A DNA stretch of 64,000 nucleotides from NCBI GenBank assembly GCA_052327205.1, contig CM126212.1, positions 182,404,001-182,468,000 on the forward strand, read 5' to 3'. Within the stretch, counting starts at the first letter, position 1. The number at the start of each line of letters is the position of its first letter. The notes below the pieces were generated by a model. That model was not told where the DNA came from and searched no databases. It worked only from the letters and a program-made list of their open reading frames with translations. Source of the DNA: Somniosus microcephalus. Taxonomy: Eukaryota. Positions 61,478-64,000 of the stretch are shown piece after piece. Both the position numbers and the translations under genes were made by a program.

Positions 61478-63608
61478 GAGTGAGTTGGCTATGATAGATT
61501 GGGGAGCTTCATTAAAAGGCATGACGGTGGATAGGCAATGGCTAACATTTAAGGAACGAATGCATGAATTGCAACTGTTATACATTCCTTTCTGGCGCCA
61601 AAAAAAAGGAAAAGCGGCCCAACCATGGCTAACAAAGAAATTAAGGATAGTATTAAACCCAAGAGGAGTTATACAAAGTTGCCAGAAAAAGTAGCAGGCC
61701 TGAGGATTGGGAGCAGTTTAGAGTTCAGCAAAAAAGGACCAAGAGATTGATTAAGAGGGGAAAAATTAGAGTATGAGAGTAAACTTGCAAGGAACATAAG
61801 TGGATTGTAAAAGCTTCTACAAGTATGTAAAAGGAAAAAGATTAGTGAAGACAAATGTAGGTCCCTTACAGTCAGAAATGGGAGAATGTATAATGGGGAA
61901 CAAGGAAATGGAAGAGCAATTAAACAAATACTTTGGTTCTGTCTTCACGGAAGAGGACACAAATAACTTCCCAGAAATGTTAGGGAACCAAAGGTCTAGT
62001 GGGAAGGAGGAATTAAAGGAATTTAGTATTAGTAAAAAAATAGTGCTGGAGAAATTAATGAGACTGAAAGCTGATAAATCCCCAGGGCCTGATAATCTGC
62101 ATCCCAGAGTACTAAAAGAGGTAGCCATGGAAATAGTGGATGCATTGGTTGTCATCTTCCAAAATTCTATAGATTATGGAACAGTTCCTGCAGATTGGAG
62201 AGTGGCAAATGTAACCCCACTATTTAAAAAAGGAGGGAGAGAACACACCGGGAACTACAGACCTAAACATCAGTAATAGGGAAAATGCTAGAGTCTATTA
62301 TAAAGGATGTGATAACAGGACACTTAGAAAAAAAATAAGGGGATTAGACAAAGTCAACATGGATTTATGAAAGGGAAATAGTGTTTGACAAACCTACCGG
62401 AGTTTTTTGAGGATGTAACTGGTAGAATAGACGAGGGAGAACCAGTGGATTTTCAGAAGGTCTTTGATAAAGTCCCACATAAGAGGTTAGTGTGCAAAAT
62501 TAAAGTAATATACTGGCATGAATTGAAAATTGGTTAACAGACAGGAAACGGAGTAGGAATAAATGGGTCTTTTTCGGGGTGGTAGGCGGTGACTAGTGGG
62601 GTACTGCAGGGATCAGTGCTTGGGCCCCAGCTATTCACAATATATATCAATGATTTGGATGAGGGAACCAAATGTAATATTTCCAAGTTTGCAGACGACA
62701 CAAAACTAGGTGGGATTGTGAGTTGTGAGGAGGATGCAAAGAGGCTTCGAGGCGATTTAGACAAGTTGAGTGAGTGGGCAAATACATGGCAGATGCAGTA
62801 TAATGTGGATAAATGTGAAGTTATCCACTTCGGTACGAAAAACAAAGGTAGAGTATTATTTAAACGGTGATAGATTGGTAAATTTTGATGTACAAAGGGA
62901 CCTGGGTGTACTTGTACACCAGTCACTGAAAGCAAACATGCAGGTGCAGCAAGCAGTTGGGAAGGCAAATGGTATGTTGGCATTCATTGCAAGAGGATTT
63001 CAGTACAGGAACAAGGGTGTCTTACTACAGTTGTACAGAGCCTTGGTGAGACCACACCTGGAGTACTATGTGCAGTTTAGGTCTCCTTACCCAAGAAAGG
63101 ATATACTTGCCATAGAGGGAGTGCAGTGAAGGTTCACCAGACTGATTCTTGGGATGGCAGGACTATCGTATCAGGAGAGATTGGGTCAACTAGGCCTGTA
63201 TTCACTAGAGTTTAGAAGAATGAGAGGGGATCTCATTGAAACGTATACAATTCTGACCTGGGCTAGACAGACTGGATGCAGAGAGAATGTTTCCCCTGGC
63301 TGGGGGTTTCTAGAACGAGGGGTCACAGTCTCAGGATACGGGGTAGGACATTTAGGACTGAGATGAGGTGAAATTTCTTCACTCAGAGGGTGGTGAACCT
63401 GTGGAATTCTCTACCACAGAAGGCTGTGGAGGCCAAGTCACTGAATATATTTAAGGAAATAGATAGATTTCTAGACACAAAAGGCATCAAAGGGTATGGG
63501 AAGAGAGCGGGAATATGGTATTGAGATAGAGGATCAGCCATGATATTGAATGGTGGAGCAGGCTCGAAGGGCTGAATGGCCTACTCCTTTTTTTTTTCTA
63601 TGTTTCAT
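61478..63608 (+). mobile_element. 5'-truncated CR1 LINE in intron 2
   Basis: KADKSPGPDNLHPRVLKE, SKFADDTKLGG, LYRALVRPHLEY, with a short 3' UTR and tail. Confidence 0.9.
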
Positions 63609-64000
63609 GATCTGTTTAATAAAAAATAAAAAAATAAAATCCTGTTTAGAGATTGATTTCTAGTTAACAGAAGAAAGAATTGATAAGTTGAACAAGGGAA
63701 ATAGAAACATGTCTGGGATTGGGAGCCTGGTTTGAAAATCAGCCAAAGTTTAAAAAAAAAAAAAAAAAAAAATCAACCTTCATGGACCTCCATTCTCCAT
63801 GCCTTGATAATAGTCTCTCTATCCATGATTTAGTTTATTTTGTGGGAAGGAGGAAAGAGAATAATAGAAAGAAGGAATGTTTGGGATTATTGGCTTCTTC
63901 CCAATAATCTCAATATTCAGCCAGTGTTATGGGGTGGTATGCTTACTGTAGGATTAGACTGGCAGAATTATAATTTTGTTGATTTTGATGAATAATTACA

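Overview
Vertebrate genomic DNA. The repeat families present (CR1/HER1-type tails, a DeuSINE/SacSINE1-like SINE, Penelope-type palindromes) point to a cartilaginous fish; this is an inference. The window holds the CpG-island promoter, coding exon 1 (419-651), a 60.5-kb first intron and the 72-nt exon 2 (61162-61233) of an LRIG-family gene, most likely LRIG1. Nearly all long ORFs in the track belong to transposable elements in that intron. These include a decayed CsRN1-clade Ty3/Gypsy provirus whose 3' LTR contains a copy of its own 5' flank, and two near-full-length CR1 LINEs in inverted orientation. The CR1 pair share the same two frameshifts but have different 5' promoter monomers, one being a 5x200-bp TATA-bearing array. 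Also present are a LINE with a tRNA-like Pol III head nested in an L2, GC-rich MITEs with 3-bp TSDs, and many RTE, Rex, L2, CR1 and SINE fragments. I found no prokaryote-type system. The candidate novelties concern retroelement architecture. All family names come from motif recognition, not from database searches.
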